From: Kiritimatiellia bacterium
GTDB lineage: Bacteria; Verrucomicrobiota; Kiritimatiellia; UBA8416; JABMPJ01
DNA length: 64,000 nt
Direction of reading: 5' to 3'
NCBI GenBank assembly: GCA_016783675.1
Contig: JADHWE010000005.1
Location: 2,878 to 66,877, forward strand
Of this stretch, positions 1 through 12,567 are shown in pieces (the first letter of the stretch is position 1; the number at the start of each line of letters is the position of its first letter). The notes beneath the pieces are model-generated. The model made no database searches and was not told the origin of the DNA. It worked only from the letters and a program-made list of their open reading frames with translations. The position numbers and the translations under genes are program-made.

Positions 1-2692
1 TCAGGTTGGCCAGCGGCGTGGGATAAACCGCAATCGCGCTGCGCACGCTGCCGGGCACGCGCGTTTTGGGAATGCCGATCGTGAAGCTGAGTGCACTATC
101 AGGCCCCAGCATACCACCCTCGCCAATCTCAACGGGGAAGCCGCGCGGCACGACGCGCAGTTTACGCGTGACCGTGTCGCTGTACGGACCGGCTGTGGCG
201 GCGAGTACAAAATCGGTATCGCCGGCGATGTCACCTACCGTCAGGCGCACGATCCGGCGCATCCGGCTATCGGCGGCGATGCTGAAGGGCGCGATCGCTC
301 CAAGCGTGATGCTTTTGGCTGCGGTCAGCTCAACCGTCACGTTGTTAAGATCCTCAGCCGTCCCATTCACGAAGGCGATCGGCAGTTCTATTACATCGCC
401 CATCGTCACCTCGAGGGGCAGCTTGGGTTCGACATAGAAGGGCTGCACCGATTCCACGAGCGCCGTGCCACTGCCCAGGGCACCCTTGCGGGTGAAGGCA
501 TCGGCGAAGACGCGGAAGCTCGTGACGGCATCGTTCAGGGCGAAGGCCACGCTGGCTTTGCCATCCTTGCCGGTCTTGATTCCGGCATGCCAGAAGAGGG
601 TTTCGGCGAAATCGACCCGGTCATTGGGCTGTCGGTTGGGGCGCACCGTGTGGGCATACTCGCGTACGCTGATGTATGTGGCACGCATCTCTTCCATGGC
701 CACGATTCCGGCAGCGGCAAAGAGGCGCTCTTTGCCGCGAACCTGTTCCTCCTTCTCGACCGCCTGCCGCAGGTCGGCGCGCAGATCGCCCATATCGGCG
801 CCCGCCTCCCGGTCACCGAGCACTTGGTCGCGGTCTTTCTTATCCTCTTCGCCTCCCAAAGCGACGGGTTTGTTGACGGGCTGCGGCGCGGCGGCAGGCT
901 GCGGTATGGCCGCAAAGTCCACGTCCATGCCATCCGCTACCATCCCGCGCAGGAAACGGTGACGGCGCGCGCCGCTCTTGGCGAGCATGTGCCGGGTGAC
1001 GATGCGGAGCGCCAGGGCACGACGCGCGGCGTCGCCATGCTTCGCAATGAAATCGGTGGTGCGCATGAAGGCGAAGCGGCGCCAGCCCTGCGTACCGAGC
1101 AGCAGATCCAGGGCCAGCGGGGCGTCGGGGTTGTCACGGTCGAGGTAGACATGGGCATCGGCCAGCTCGCGCACCTCGGGCTCGAGCAGAACCATGACCG
1201 GCAGTCGCGGGGCCTGCTCGCGCGTCTCGATCATTTCGAGCACGCTGTCGTCCGTTACGGTAACACCTACTACCGCCTCCACCGGTTTGCCGTTCTCGTC
1301 GGTCGCCGTGAGCGTCAGGTTTACTTGTCCGGCCGGGGTATAGCGGTCGTGGTCGGGCGTGATCGCCACCGTGACGTGGTGAGCGGGTTCGCGGTAGAGC
1401 AGACGCTCGGCCAGTGGCACACCCTCGGCGTTCCAGACGGTGGCCACGAGGACCCCGTCCGCCGAAGCCGGGGCGGTGAGGGTTACATCGGCCGTAACGG
1501 GCTGGCCGTGGGTCTGTGAACCGCGAATGGACAGGGCCGCCAGTTCGACCTCGCGCTTGCGCAGCGTGACGGTTAGCGGTCCCATCTCCGTGCTCAGGAC
1601 GCGCAGCGTCACCGGTTCACGGGAGGCATAGACATCGGCCGTTGTCTGAATGAGTGTGCCGGTGTCGCGCACGGTGGGCAGATCGTACGTGGTGTTGATA
1701 CCGGTTGGCTCGGTAATGGCGAGGTAATAGCGTTCGCCTTTGCGCGGGGTAAAGACGAAGCGGCCGCGGCCCTCATGCTCCGTACGGAAGGTACCGACCT
1801 GGACCTTGTCGGCGTTGAGCATGACACCTGCCACGTCAGCCGGCTTCTTAAAAGGGGTACGAGTCTCGACATAAACCCGGCAGGGCAGATCGGCCACCAG
1901 CTCGCCGCCTTCGGGGAAACAGGCCAGGTCAACGGTCTGGAGCAGGATGGGAATCGTTTTGGTTGCAGATTCAATGACGCCGCCATCTTCGACTGCAAAG
2001 ACGAGGGTACCATCGCCGCGCTTGATCTTCTTCGGCAGGGCGAAGCGGGCGCTACCGTTGCCGTGGCGGTCAAGTGTCGCGGTGGAGCGGTGAATCTCCT
2101 TGCCGTCGACACGCGCGGTGATGGTCACTTTGGCGCCCGCCGGGGCGCCGCCCTCGGCGCGGGTGGCCTCGAGCGAGGCAGCCACGAGGTCGCCGGGGCC
2201 ATAGCCATCGCGGAAGAAGGTGATCTGGGTCTTGAGCCGGGGGGCGCGGTAGGCGCGGACGTCGAAGGTCCGTTCGGCCGGCGGGGAGCCGAGACCGGGA
2301 TAGGTCACACGGGCGGTATACTGGCCACCGGCCTGACCTGCGGGCACCTCCCAGGCGAAGCCCGTGACACTCTCCTCACTTGAGGCGTGGCCGGAGGAGA
2401 TCGTATTGCCCTTGGGTCCCCTGATTTCGACGAAGCCTGCCACGTGATCCTTGAGCGGCGTACGATCGGCCGCATGCAGAATGACGCTGCGGACATAAAC
2501 CTTTTCGCCGGCACGGTAGATCGGTTTATCCGTACTGACATGGGCCAGGTAGCGATCCTTGCCACCCAGGGCGGCGCTGTCGGCCACCTCGGCCGGTTGC
2601 GGTTTCGTGGCCAGGGCCGCGCTCCATGCGATGAGTGAACCGAGGGCCAGCAGGATCGGGGTGCTGCGAGTGATGCGCGTGAATGCCGTCAT
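1..2692 (-). CDS. Alpha-2-macroglobulin-like (MG2/A2M domain) large secreted protein; C-terminal part lies beyond the left window edge (897 codons visible)
   Basis: Absent from the ORF track because no stop codon lies in the window. I checked every in-phase triplet from 2692 down to 2 and found no reverse-strand stop. ATG at 2692-2690. N-terminus MTAFTRITRSTPILLALGSLIAWSAALA looks like a signal peptide. DKPIYRAGEKVYVRSV resembles the MG2-domain motif. DFAETLFWHAGIKTGKDGKASVAFALNDAVTSFRVFADA resembles the conserved A2M segment of bacterial alpha-2-macroglobulins. Confidence 0.75.
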   Translation of the reverse strand, partial: MTAFTRITRSTPILLALGSLIAWSAALATKPQPAEVADSAALGGKDRYLAHVSTDKPIYRAGEKVYVRSVILHAADRTPLKDHVAGFVEIRGPKGNTISSGHASSEESVTGFAWEVPAGQAGGQYTARVTYPGLGSPPAERTFDVRAYRAPRLKTQITFFRDGYGPGDLVAASLEATRAEGGAPAGAKVTITARVDGKEIHRSTATLDRHGNGSARFALPKKIKRGDGTLVFAVEDGGVIESATKTIPILLQTVDLACFPEGGELVADLPCRVYVETRTPFKKPADVAGVMLNADKVQVGTFRTEHEGRGRFVFTPRKGERYYLAITEPTGINTTYDLPTVRDTGTLIQTTADVYASREPVTLRVLSTEMGPLTVTLRKREVELAALSIRGSQTHGQPVTADVTLTAPASADGVLVATVWNAEGVPLAERLLYREPAHHVTVAITPDHDRYTPAGQVNLTLTATDENGKPVEAVVGVTVTDDSVLEMIETREQAPRLPVMVLLEPEVRELADAHVYLDRDNPDAPLALDLLLGTQGWRRFAFMRTTDFIAKHGDAARRALALRIVTRHMLAKSGARRHRFLRGMVADGMDVDFAAIPQPAAAPQPVNKPVALGGEEDKKDRDQVLGDREAGADMGDLRADLRQAVEKEEQVRGKERLFAAAGIVAMEEMRATYISVREYAHTVRPNRQPNDRVDFAETLFWHAGIKTGKDGKASVAFALNDAVTSFRVFADAFTRKGALGSGTALVESVQPFYVEPKLPLEVTMGDVIELPIAFVNGTAEDLNNVTVELTAAKSITLGAIAPFSIAADSRMRRIVRLTVGDIAGDTDFVLAATAGPYSDTVTRKLRVVPRGFPVEIGEGGMLGPDSALSFTIGIPKTRVPGSVRSAIAVYPTPLANL

Positions 2693-2783
2693 AGTGGATC
2701 TCCTTTGCTCACTAAGACGTCTCTCACGGCGGGATTGTTCCAACAATTCTGAAATCTCCCCGCTTTTCCCCGGCGTCCGGTAC

Positions 2784-4658
2784 TCAGGAAGGCTCGTCAA
2801 GCAAGGGAAGCCGCAACACGAAACACGCGCCATAGCCTGTGCGCGACTCGTAGGATACATCGCCTCCGAGCTGCCGCGCCAGGCTTCTGCACAGCGCCAG
2901 CCCCAACCCCACCCCAGGCGCAGACCGTGCGGCTTGGCGGGCGGATTTGCGGAAGGGCCTGAACACCATGCGCGACTCGCCGGACTTGAGGCCCGGCCCG
3001 TGATCGCAAACGCACAGGAGCAGGTGCCGGGGGTCATGTGAGACGGAGAAGTGGATGCGTGTGTCGGCGGCCTGTGCGGCATACTTGCAGGCGTTGTCGA
3101 CCAGGTTGAAGAGGATTTGGCCGACGGCCATCAAGTCACTCTTCACGCTTAGGGCCTCCATATTGCCCGCGGCGGCGATGATGAGCTCCATGCCGCCGCC
3201 GGCTGACCGCCGCTCCAAGTTGGCACGGTTGCGTTCGATGATCGTGGCCGCGGTGAGGGGTTCGAGTACACGCGAACCCGGACCGCGTTCGAGCCGGGCG
3301 TAAGCCAACACGTTCTCGACAAGGTGCCCCAGCCGGTTGCTCTCGCTGTGGAGGGTGTCGAGGTAGTTCTGCTGTTTGGCGGGATCATTGACAAGTCCCT
3401 CGGCCAGCATCTCGGTGTACATCTTGAAGGTCGTCAGCGGCGTGCGCAGTTCATGCGTGACCGCCGAAACGAAAGCCCCGCGCCGCTCGCTGAGCCGGAT
3501 GGCGCCGAAGAGCAGAGCCGCCACCGCGGCCACCGAAACCAACAGGCCGACCCATGCGAGCGATAGCGGCATCCGCAACGAAGGCGCGATGATGTCCGGC
3601 ATCCCGGCGGGCGAGCCGGGGACCAGTCGCGCGGGCAGAACGGCCAGCATGCGGAACGTGTCCTCGTCGCCGGGCGTGGCGATGGGCACCAGGTCGGCAG
3701 ACGGCAAGATATCGTGGATCTCTCCAAGCAGATCGGTCTTCACGTGGTCCCAGTTGAGCCATGCCCCCTGGATGTAGTGCTGATCCGCCACTCGAACGTT
3801 GCGGCCGAGAATCAGGAGGTCGTTGACCCAGGCCGGGCGCATGATGCCCTCCTCCAGGACGCTGTCGCGATTGCCCGTAGGCGGCGCCACCTGGACGCCC
3901 TGAGCCTGGACCCGCTGCGAGGGCGAGCTGCCGGAGAGGTCCGGGGACTGGTAGAGATTGGGATTGCTGTCGGCTTCGTAGCGGGCCTGCTTCTGGCCTT
4001 TCAGACGGTGCTGGGCTTGGAAGGCCTGGGCGCGGCGCGATGTGAACTCGCGGGCATTGAGGGCGAGCTGTTGCGACGCGGCAGACGGCAGCGGCGGGGG
4101 GCGTTCGCGTACGAGATCGGGATCCTCAACCAACGCCTTCTGTAGTTCCTGGATCTGAACGGTGGCGTTCAGTGTCTCCAGCTTCGAGCTGTTCGCAGGC
4201 AATACGTCGGCGATGGCGAAGTTTGAAAGGGCCCACCCCTCGAGCTTGGCGGGGGGGACCTGGGGCGATGAGATGGTGTTCGGGTTCGCGCCGGTCACGA
4301 CCAGGCCATTGAAGTAGACGTTGACGTTGCGTCCACTGTGGGCGAGCAATGGGGAGGCCGCCACCTGCTGTTCGAGCTGGTCGATGGATTCGAGGGGCTT
4401 ATTGCCGTCGTTGAAGGCCCAATAATCCTGGTAGGGCCGCGAGCTTTCCTCTATCACCATGGCCATCGCGGCTGAGTCGAGACGCCAGAGGGCGAGGCGG
4501 ACCACCTCTTCGATCTGCGCTTCGCGCTGGGAAGCAACCGCCTCCGCCTCCAGGCGCAGCATGGTGACGCTGACCCAGCCCATGGCCCCGACCATGATGG
4601 CCAGGAAGACCAGGAAAGCGCCCCAGGTCTTGGATGATCTACTCACGTCTACCTCCAC
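2784..4658 (-). CDS. Sensor histidine kinase with two TM segments flanking a periplasmic domain of about 330 aa
   Basis: 624-aa ORF. H-box AVTHELRTPLTT (HisKA). HATPase_c motifs NLVDNACKYA, DHGPGL and GVGLGLALCRSLA. Hydrophobic segments WGAFLVFLAIMVGAMGWVSV and LSLAWVGLLVSVAAVAALLF. Lies 27 nt downstream of the response regulator gene. Confidence 0.9.
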   Translation of the reverse strand: MEVDVSRSSKTWGAFLVFLAIMVGAMGWVSVTMLRLEAEAVASQREAQIEEVVRLALWRLDSAAMAMVIEESSRPYQDYWAFNDGNKPLESIDQLEQQVAASPLLAHSGRNVNVYFNGLVVTGANPNTISSPQVPPAKLEGWALSNFAIADVLPANSSKLETLNATVQIQELQKALVEDPDLVRERPPPLPSAASQQLALNAREFTSRRAQAFQAQHRLKGQKQARYEADSNPNLYQSPDLSGSSPSQRVQAQGVQVAPPTGNRDSVLEEGIMRPAWVNDLLILGRNVRVADQHYIQGAWLNWDHVKTDLLGEIHDILPSADLVPIATPGDEDTFRMLAVLPARLVPGSPAGMPDIIAPSLRMPLSLAWVGLLVSVAAVAALLFGAIRLSERRGAFVSAVTHELRTPLTTFKMYTEMLAEGLVNDPAKQQNYLDTLHSESNRLGHLVENVLAYARLERGPGSRVLEPLTAATIIERNRANLERRSAGGGMELIIAAAGNMEALSVKSDLMAVGQILFNLVDNACKYAAQAADTRIHFSVSHDPRHLLLCVCDHGPGLKSGESRMVFRPFRKSARQAARSAPGVGLGLALCRSLARQLGGDVSYESRTGYGACFVLRLPLLDEPS

Positions 4659-4685
4659 GGGTCACGCATCGACACGCCATTGGCA

Positions 4686-5384
4686 TCACCGCGGCGCAAA
4701 CTTGTAGCCCTTCCCTCTTACAGTCATGATGATGTGCGGCTGCGCTGGATCGTCGCCCAGTTTCTCACGCAGACGGGCAACGTGCATATCGATCGTGCGG
4801 GTCTCAATGTTATCCGGATCCAGCCGCCACACGCGGCGCAGGATCTCGTCACGCGAGAGGGCGCGTCCCCGGTGACCGGAGAGGTAGCGCAGAAGCTCCA
4901 TCTCCCGCTCGGAGAGGTCGGCTGTGCCGCCCTTATCGAAACGCACCTCGCCGCGCTTGAGATCCACCACGGCGCCGGGAATCGCAACCTGCGTCACGTC
5001 GCTGGGCCGTTCGGGGGAGCGGCGCAACACGGCCTCGATGCGTGCCATGAGTTCTTTCACACTGAACGGTTTGACCACGTAGTCATCGGCTCCCAGGGTG
5101 AGTCCCTTGACGCGGTTGCGTTCATCGCCGAGGGCGCTCAGGATGATAACCGGTGTGGTCGGCCGCGACGTACGCACCTCCGCGAGGATCTCGAGTCCGC
5201 TGTGACCCGGCAGCACCAAGTCGAGCAGCAGGAGCTCGTACCCACCGCGCACCGCCATGCGCATGCCGTCATCGCCATTGCCGGCCGATAGCACGTCGTA
5301 TCCCGCGAACCCGAGGGTATCCACGATGCCCTGCCGAATCGCCGCATCGTCTTCAACAACCAGTACGCGGTGTCTCTTCATCTC
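4686..5384 (-). CDS. OmpR/PhoB-family response regulator (receiver plus winged-helix DNA-binding domain)
   Basis: MKRHRVLVVEDD...LLLLDLVLPG receiver motifs; C-terminal LSEREMELLRYL...TVRGKGYKF winged helix. The track starts at 5420. I prefer the ATG at 5384, which is preceded by GGGAGAGG and gives a typical N-terminus. Confidence 0.9.
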   Translation of the reverse strand, partial: EMKRHRVLVVEDDAAIRQGIVDTLGFAGYDVLSAGNGDDGMRMAVRGGYELLLLDLVLPGHSGLEILAEVRTSRPTTPVIILSALGDERNRVKGLTLGADDYVVKPFSVKELMARIEAVLRRSPERPSDVTQVAIPGAVVDLKRGEVRFDKGGTADLSEREMELLRYLSGHRGRALSRDEILRRVWRLDPDNIETRTIDMHVARLREKLGDDPAQPHIIMTVRGKGYKFAPR

Positions 5385-5433
5385 GTGACCTCTCCCGTCT
5401 CTCCTCCGAACGGTCTCCATATAAGCACATTTC

Positions 5434-5492
5434 TTTGTACGGGTGTGTAACGGATTTGTAACAGGTCGCCGTTGTTACACGCCCTTTACACA
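5434..5492. promoter_or_regulatory. Candidate response-regulator operator: TGTAAC direct repeats at 11-bp spacing plus inverted GTTACA
   Basis: TGTAAC at 5446-5451 and 5457-5462 (11-bp period), GTTACA at 5474-5479, TTTACACA at 5485-5492. Located in the divergent intergenic region between the RR gene and the 5603 operon. Tandem hexamers at one helical turn are typical of OmpR/PhoB-type sites. The assignment is inference only. Confidence 0.35.
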
Positions 5493-5602
5493 CGCGCCAG
5501 GCGTTTTGTGCTGCAATACCCCTGCAACAGAAAGGAGGACGTGCGACGCATAAGCGACGGAGGAACAGTGATCGAAAACCCAATAACAGGAGAGAGAAAG
5601 AG

Positions 5603-6244
5603 ATGAACAATCGAAACACATTCATATTCGCAACTACACTGAGCGCATGCCTGTCATTCGCAGGCATCATGATTAACGCCGGCCCCGGGGCAGACGAGGG
5701 ACGGCTTGCCGCACCGGTAGGCATTGCCGTGGTGGACGGCCATGAACTGAAAGGCGAAATCGTGCAAGAGGAGGACGGCATCTATGCGGTCTTCACGACA
5801 ACCAGCACCAGCCCGGGTGACACCGGGAAGGCGATCGCGTTCGCGTACGGCGTGAGCTACCTCGCTCCGGCGGCCCCTTTCGCACGTATGGTCCAGATGC
5901 CCAAGACCGTCAAAACCGGCACCTGTACGATCGAGCCGAACGCCTCCGGAAACACAGTGACAAGGATACTCGTGCAGGAGGAAGAGACGACCATCGAGAC
6001 CCCGAACACCTTGCACCTCGTAGAGGCAGCGGCCGTTTCCAACGCCACGGCACAGGTCCCGCTGAGTCCGTTGCAGCTCGGCACGCCCGTATGGACGCTA
6101 TCCGTCTCAAGATCGGAGAACGTCAATCCCGGCGGCTGGGCGGCGGTCCCACCCCCCACGGTTCTGAAGAGGACCGAGCTGGCCGAGGGCACGATTGTGC
6201 TCGCGACGAAGATCGCCCAGCCAGAGCGTCCGGACACTCCGTAA
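5603..6244 (+). CDS. Hypothetical secreted protein
   Basis: 213-aa ORF preceded by GGAGAGAGAAAGAG. N-terminal signal-like MNNRNTFIFATTLSACLSFAGIMINA. No motif I recognise. The next gene follows after 10 nt. Confidence 0.6.
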   Translation: MNNRNTFIFATTLSACLSFAGIMINAGPGADEGRLAAPVGIAVVDGHELKGEIVQEEDGIYAVFTTTSTSPGDTGKAIAFAYGVSYLAPAAPFARMVQMPKTVKTGTCTIEPNASGNTVTRILVQEEETTIETPNTLHLVEAAAVSNATAQVPLSPLQLGTPVWTLSVSRSENVNPGGWAAVPPPTVLKRTELAEGTIVLATKIAQPERPDTP

Positions 6245-6254
6245 GGGAATCGGT

Positions 6255-7382
6255 ATGGCGCTGAGAACAACAGCATTGGGCACGGTGGCCGGGCTGATCA
6301 TTGGGATCGGCCTGGCCTCATTCTCCCCGCCTGCCGATAGTCCCCCCCCGCGCGCTGCCCTCGTGTCGGACACCCACGGCCGCCTGGCCGAGCTGTGCAT
6401 TCATTACCGGCGGGACTTTCATGACCACAGCGTGGACCTTTATACCGACTTCATCAGTGCGCTTGCTCCGGGCACCATCGTTCAGGTGGTGACCAAAGAC
6501 CACAGCGCGTTCGAGTTCTTCAGGGGTGCTATGGTGTCCGCCCTCGCTATGAGCGGGGCTCGCCTGCGACCCGTCATAACCGGCTTTCCAATCACACCGT
6601 GGGCCAAGGACCGGTTTGGAACCATGCGGACAGAAGACGGTGAACCCCTCATTGCTGTGCCGCCCGCAGCCGACCACATGACGGGGCCGCGCGGCAACGA
6701 CGGACGCGTCCCGTTCGTCCTTGCCCAGCGGTTGAGCCACGCTGCAACCCGGTCCCTGCCCTTCTTCTTCGACGGGGGTGATCTCATTGCGGATGACAAG
6801 ATCGCGTACGTTGCCGCCGACTTTCTTGCACGCAACCAGCCGGAAGATGTCGACAACCGGGTCGCACTGATTAACCGCATCGCATTCGCTCTCGGGCGGC
6901 ACGTCGTGACGCTGGGCCGCACACCGCACGATACACCCGACCACCATATTGGTATGTATCTCACGCCTTTGGGAAACCGCACCGTTGCGGTGGCAGATCC
7001 TGACCTGGGGCGATCGATTCTGAATCGCCCACCCCGTACTCAACGCGAATGCGGCATTGATATCGAAACGGATGAAAGCGCCTACGAGCCCTTCCGGTGC
7101 GTCATCACGGAGTTCGAAGCCAAGGGGTTCACGGTCGTTCGCATCCCCATGCTCCTGACGACAACGCCCAGGGTCTACGTCACGTACAACAACGCCATCC
7201 TGGAAACGCGCGACGAAGACAAACGCATCTACATGCCGGTATACGACCTGCCGCGACTCGACGACGCGGCCACACGCATTTTCGAGGCGCAGGGATGGAA
7301 CGTGATTCCGGTGCGCGTCGGCAAAGTGTATCAGCACACCGGTTCGCTCAGATGCCTCGTAGGCATCATCCGAAGGGGGTGA
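6255..7382 (+). CDS. Membrane-anchored pentein-fold (amidinotransferase / agmatine- or arginine-deiminase-like) protein
   Basis: The track ORF starts at 6195 and overlaps the upstream gene. The ATG at 6255 follows AAGGGA and gives MALRTTALGTVAGLIIGIGLASF (TM anchor). DGGDLIADDKIAYV, PDHHIGMYLTPLG and the C-terminal GSLRCLVG (nucleophile-Cys position) resemble guanidino-group modifying enzymes. The exact family is uncertain. Confidence 0.55.
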   Translation: MALRTTALGTVAGLIIGIGLASFSPPADSPPPRAALVSDTHGRLAELCIHYRRDFHDHSVDLYTDFISALAPGTIVQVVTKDHSAFEFFRGAMVSALAMSGARLRPVITGFPITPWAKDRFGTMRTEDGEPLIAVPPAADHMTGPRGNDGRVPFVLAQRLSHAATRSLPFFFDGGDLIADDKIAYVAADFLARNQPEDVDNRVALINRIAFALGRHVVTLGRTPHDTPDHHIGMYLTPLGNRTVAVADPDLGRSILNRPPRTQRECGIDIETDESAYEPFRCVITEFEAKGFTVVRIPMLLTTTPRVYVTYNNAILETRDEDKRIYMPVYDLPRLDDAATRIFEAQGWNVIPVRVGKVYQHTGSLRCLVGIIRRG

Positions 7383-7401
7383 CTTCTCTTGTCCCGTTCG
7401 T

Positions 7402-10197
<2,796 letters not shown>

Positions 10198-10318
10198 ATG
10201 CCTCTCCTTATATTACGTGCGTAGTCGTCAAAAGGGTTCGAAATGTAGCAGACCCCCCTTGTCTGTCAATGTGTTTCCCGTTAGAGAACCATGAGCGTAA
10301 ACCTTGGCCATGGGAAAC

Positions 10319-10392
10319 TGTAGGCCGAGCCCCCTGACCCGGCGTGCCCTGGCACGGTTTACGTGGCGCCCGGTGAGGGCACCGGGCCTACA
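10319..10392. repeat. GC-rich nested palindromic element (TGTAGGCC...GGCCTACA) in the ppdK/tkt divergent spacer
   Basis: Outer arms TGTAGGCC (10319-10326) and GGCCTACA (10385-10392). Inner hairpin GCCCGGTG-aggg-CACCGGGC (10368-10387) and CGTGCC-ctg-GGCACG. No adjacent T-tract and no gene end, so it is not a terminator. Confidence 0.35.
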
Positions 10393-10488
10393 AGACTGGA
10401 CAGAGCGCCTCAAATATGGGACAGTCAACGCTTGTTCTTCTCAAAGAACGCTAAAAGTACTCACAAACACGGAAAAAGGTAGGAGAAG

Positions 10489-12492
10489 ATGGCTGTCAAA
10501 CTCACCAATGATGATCTGAAACTCGCAGCAAACACGATTCGCGGACTCGCCATGGACGGCGTCCAGGCCGCGAAGTCCGGGCACCCGGGCATGCCGATGG
10601 GCATGGCCGATGTTGCCGCCGTGCTGTGGCTCAAATACCTGAAACACTCTCCGGCCGATGCGGACTGGGCCGATCGTGATCGCTTCGTGCTCTCCGGCGG
10701 CCATGGCTCCATGCTGCTTTACAGCCTGCTCCACCTGGCCGGCTATGACCTTCCGCTCGACGAGCTCAAGCAGTTCCGTCAGTGGGGTAGTCGGACCCCC
10801 GGGCATCCGGAATCGGGTCACACGCACGGCGTCGAGACCACGACCGGGCCGTTGGGCCAAGGTTGTGCGAACGCGGTTGGTATGGCATTGGCCGAGCGCA
10901 TGCTGGCTGGTCGTTTCAACGTGGCGGATGCAACGCCGGTTGACCATTACACATACGCGTTCTGCGGTGATGGCGACATGATGGAGGGTATCAGCCACGA
11001 AGCCTTCTCCCTGGCCGGGCACCTCGGTCTCAACAAGCTGATCGTTTTCTACGATTTCAACGAGATCACGATCGAGGGCAAGACCGAGCTGGCCTACAGC
11101 GAGGACGTGAAGAAGCGCTTCCAGGGGTACAACTGGAACGTCATCGATATCGATGCCCATGATTTTGACCAGATCGAAAAGGCGATCCGCCGCGCCCGCC
11201 GCGAGAAGACCCGCCCGACCATCGTCATTTCCCGCTCTCATATCGGCTACGGCAGCCCCAACAAGCAGGATACGGCCTCGGCCCACGGTGAGCCGCTGGG
11301 CGAGGACGAGGTAGCTGCGACCAAGCAGGCCCTCGGCATGCCCGCCGAGCTGTTCCACGTGCCGGACGCCGCGGCGGAGATGTTCGCCGACCGCGCTCGC
11401 AGCATGAAGCGTAAGATGAACAAGTGGAAGCGTGACTTCCGCGCCTATGCTGAAGCCAACCCCGAGCAGGCCGCGGCATGGGACGTCTTCATGCAGGATC
11501 GTATTCCGGAGAACATCGAGGAAGCCCTGCCCGTCTTCGAGCCCGGCACGGCCGTGGCGACGCGTTCCTCGGCGGGCAAGGTGCTCAACAGTCTGGCAGC
11601 CGTGATTCCCCAGCTCGTGGGTGGATCGGCTGACCTCGCGCCAAGCACCAAGACATGGCTTGACGGTTCCGGAGCAGTGGCCGCTGGTAGTTTTGAAGGC
11701 CGCAATCTTCACTTCGGTGTACGTGAGCATGCGATGGCTTCGATGATGAACGGTATGGCTCTGCACGGCGGACTGCGCGTATACGGCGCCACGTTCTTCG
11801 TCTTTGCCGACTACTGCCGCCCCTCGATCCGGCTGGCGGCCCTGATGGGACTGCCCGTGGTCTACGTGTTCACGCATGACAGCTACAACGTTGGCGAAGA
11901 TGGGCCCACCCATCAGCCGATCGAGCACCTCGCGAGCTTGCGCTGCATCCCGAACGTGACCGTGATTCGTCCGGCCGATCCCACTGAATCCGGCGCCGCC
12001 TGGGTTGCCGCGCTGAAGAACAACACCGGCCCCACGGTCCTGGCGCTGACCCGTCAGAACCTGAAGGTGATCGACCGCACGGTCTATCCAGCGGCCAACA
12101 ACCTGGAGAAGGGCGCCTACACCCTGTGGCAAAGTGGCGAAGGAACACCCGACGTCATCGTCATGGCCTCCGGATCCGAGGTGGAGATCAGCCTGGCGGC
12201 CGCGCAGCAGCTTGGCGACGGTGTCAACGTACGCGTTGTCAGCATGCCGACCATGGAACTGTTCGAGGCCCAGGACGCCACCTATCGCGAGAGCGTTCTG
12301 CCGGCCGCCTGCACCAAGCGCCTGGCGGTTGAAGCGGGCGTTTCGATGTGCTGGCACAAGTATGTCGGTACGGATGGCCGCACCATCGCGCTCGACCGCT
12401 TTGGCGCTTCCGCACCAAACACCAAACTGGCCGAGGAATTTGGATACACCGTGCAGAACGTTTTAGAGGTGTTGAGGACCATGGTGGGGTAG
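10489..12492 (+). CDS. tkt: Transketolase
   Basis: 667 aa. [18 protein letters not shown] (TPP-binding N-terminus), [48 protein letters not shown] upstream. Confidence 0.97.
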   Translation: MAVKLTNDDLKLAANTIRGLAMDGVQAAKSGHPGMPMGMADVAAVLWLKYLKHSPADADWADRDRFVLSGGHGSMLLYSLLHLAGYDLPLDELKQFRQWGSRTPGHPESGHTHGVETTTGPLGQGCANAVGMALAERMLAGRFNVADATPVDHYTYAFCGDGDMMEGISHEAFSLAGHLGLNKLIVFYDFNEITIEGKTELAYSEDVKKRFQGYNWNVIDIDAHDFDQIEKAIRRARREKTRPTIVISRSHIGYGSPNKQDTASAHGEPLGEDEVAATKQALGMPAELFHVPDAAAEMFADRARSMKRKMNKWKRDFRAYAEANPEQAAAWDVFMQDRIPENIEEALPVFEPGTAVATRSSAGKVLNSLAAVIPQLVGGSADLAPSTKTWLDGSGAVAAGSFEGRNLHFGVREHAMASMMNGMALHGGLRVYGATFFVFADYCRPSIRLAALMGLPVVYVFTHDSYNVGEDGPTHQPIEHLASLRCIPNVTVIRPADPTESGAAWVAALKNNTGPTVLALTRQNLKVIDRTVYPAANNLEKGAYTLWQSGEGTPDVIVMASGSEVEISLAAAQQLGDGVNVRVVSMPTMELFEAQDATYRESVLPAACTKRLAVEAGVSMCWHKYVGTDGRTIALDRFGASAPNTKLAEEFGYTVQNVLEVLRTMVG

Positions 12493-12526
12493 TGGGGGGA
12501 TGTTACAGGGCGCAGGGGCATTCCGA

Positions 12527-12561
12527 CTCCTGCCTCCTGATCCCTGACTCCTGACTCCTGG
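12527..12561. repeat. Heptanucleotide tandem tract (CTCCTGM x5) between tkt and murA
   Basis: CTCCTGC CTCCTGA TCCCTGA CTCCTGA CTCCTGG read directly, preceded by TTCCGAC (the pdxB repeat unit). The last unit supplies the GGAG upstream of the murA ATG. Confidence 0.7.
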
Positions 12562-12567
12562 AGCCAT

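Noticed and set aside
587-1519. 310-aa plus-strand ORF, the longest listed ORF in the first 2.7 kb
   Set aside because: It is in mirror phase to the unlisted 897-codon reverse-strand A2M-like ORF, which has a signal peptide and family motifs. The plus-strand product looks like noise.
6318-7337. 339-aa reverse-strand ORF opposite the pentein-fold gene
   Set aside because: The forward ORF has a TM anchor, an RBS, tight spacing to the upstream gene and family-like motifs. The reverse ORF has none of these. Confidence in this choice is somewhat lower than for the other antisense ORFs.
10198-10488. TPP or other riboswitch upstream of tkt
   Set aside because: I could not find the conserved TPP-riboswitch elements (the CUGAGA and ACCUGAUCUGGAUAAUGCCAGCG-type segments) or any other riboswitch core that I recognise. 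Only the GC-rich palindrome is present.
10441-12357. 638-aa reverse-strand ORF covering most of the tkt locus
   Set aside because: It is antisense to an unmistakable transketolase. The translation is Arg/Gly/His/Ala-rich with no recognisable motif. Long stop-free antisense frames are expected in GC-rich coding DNA.
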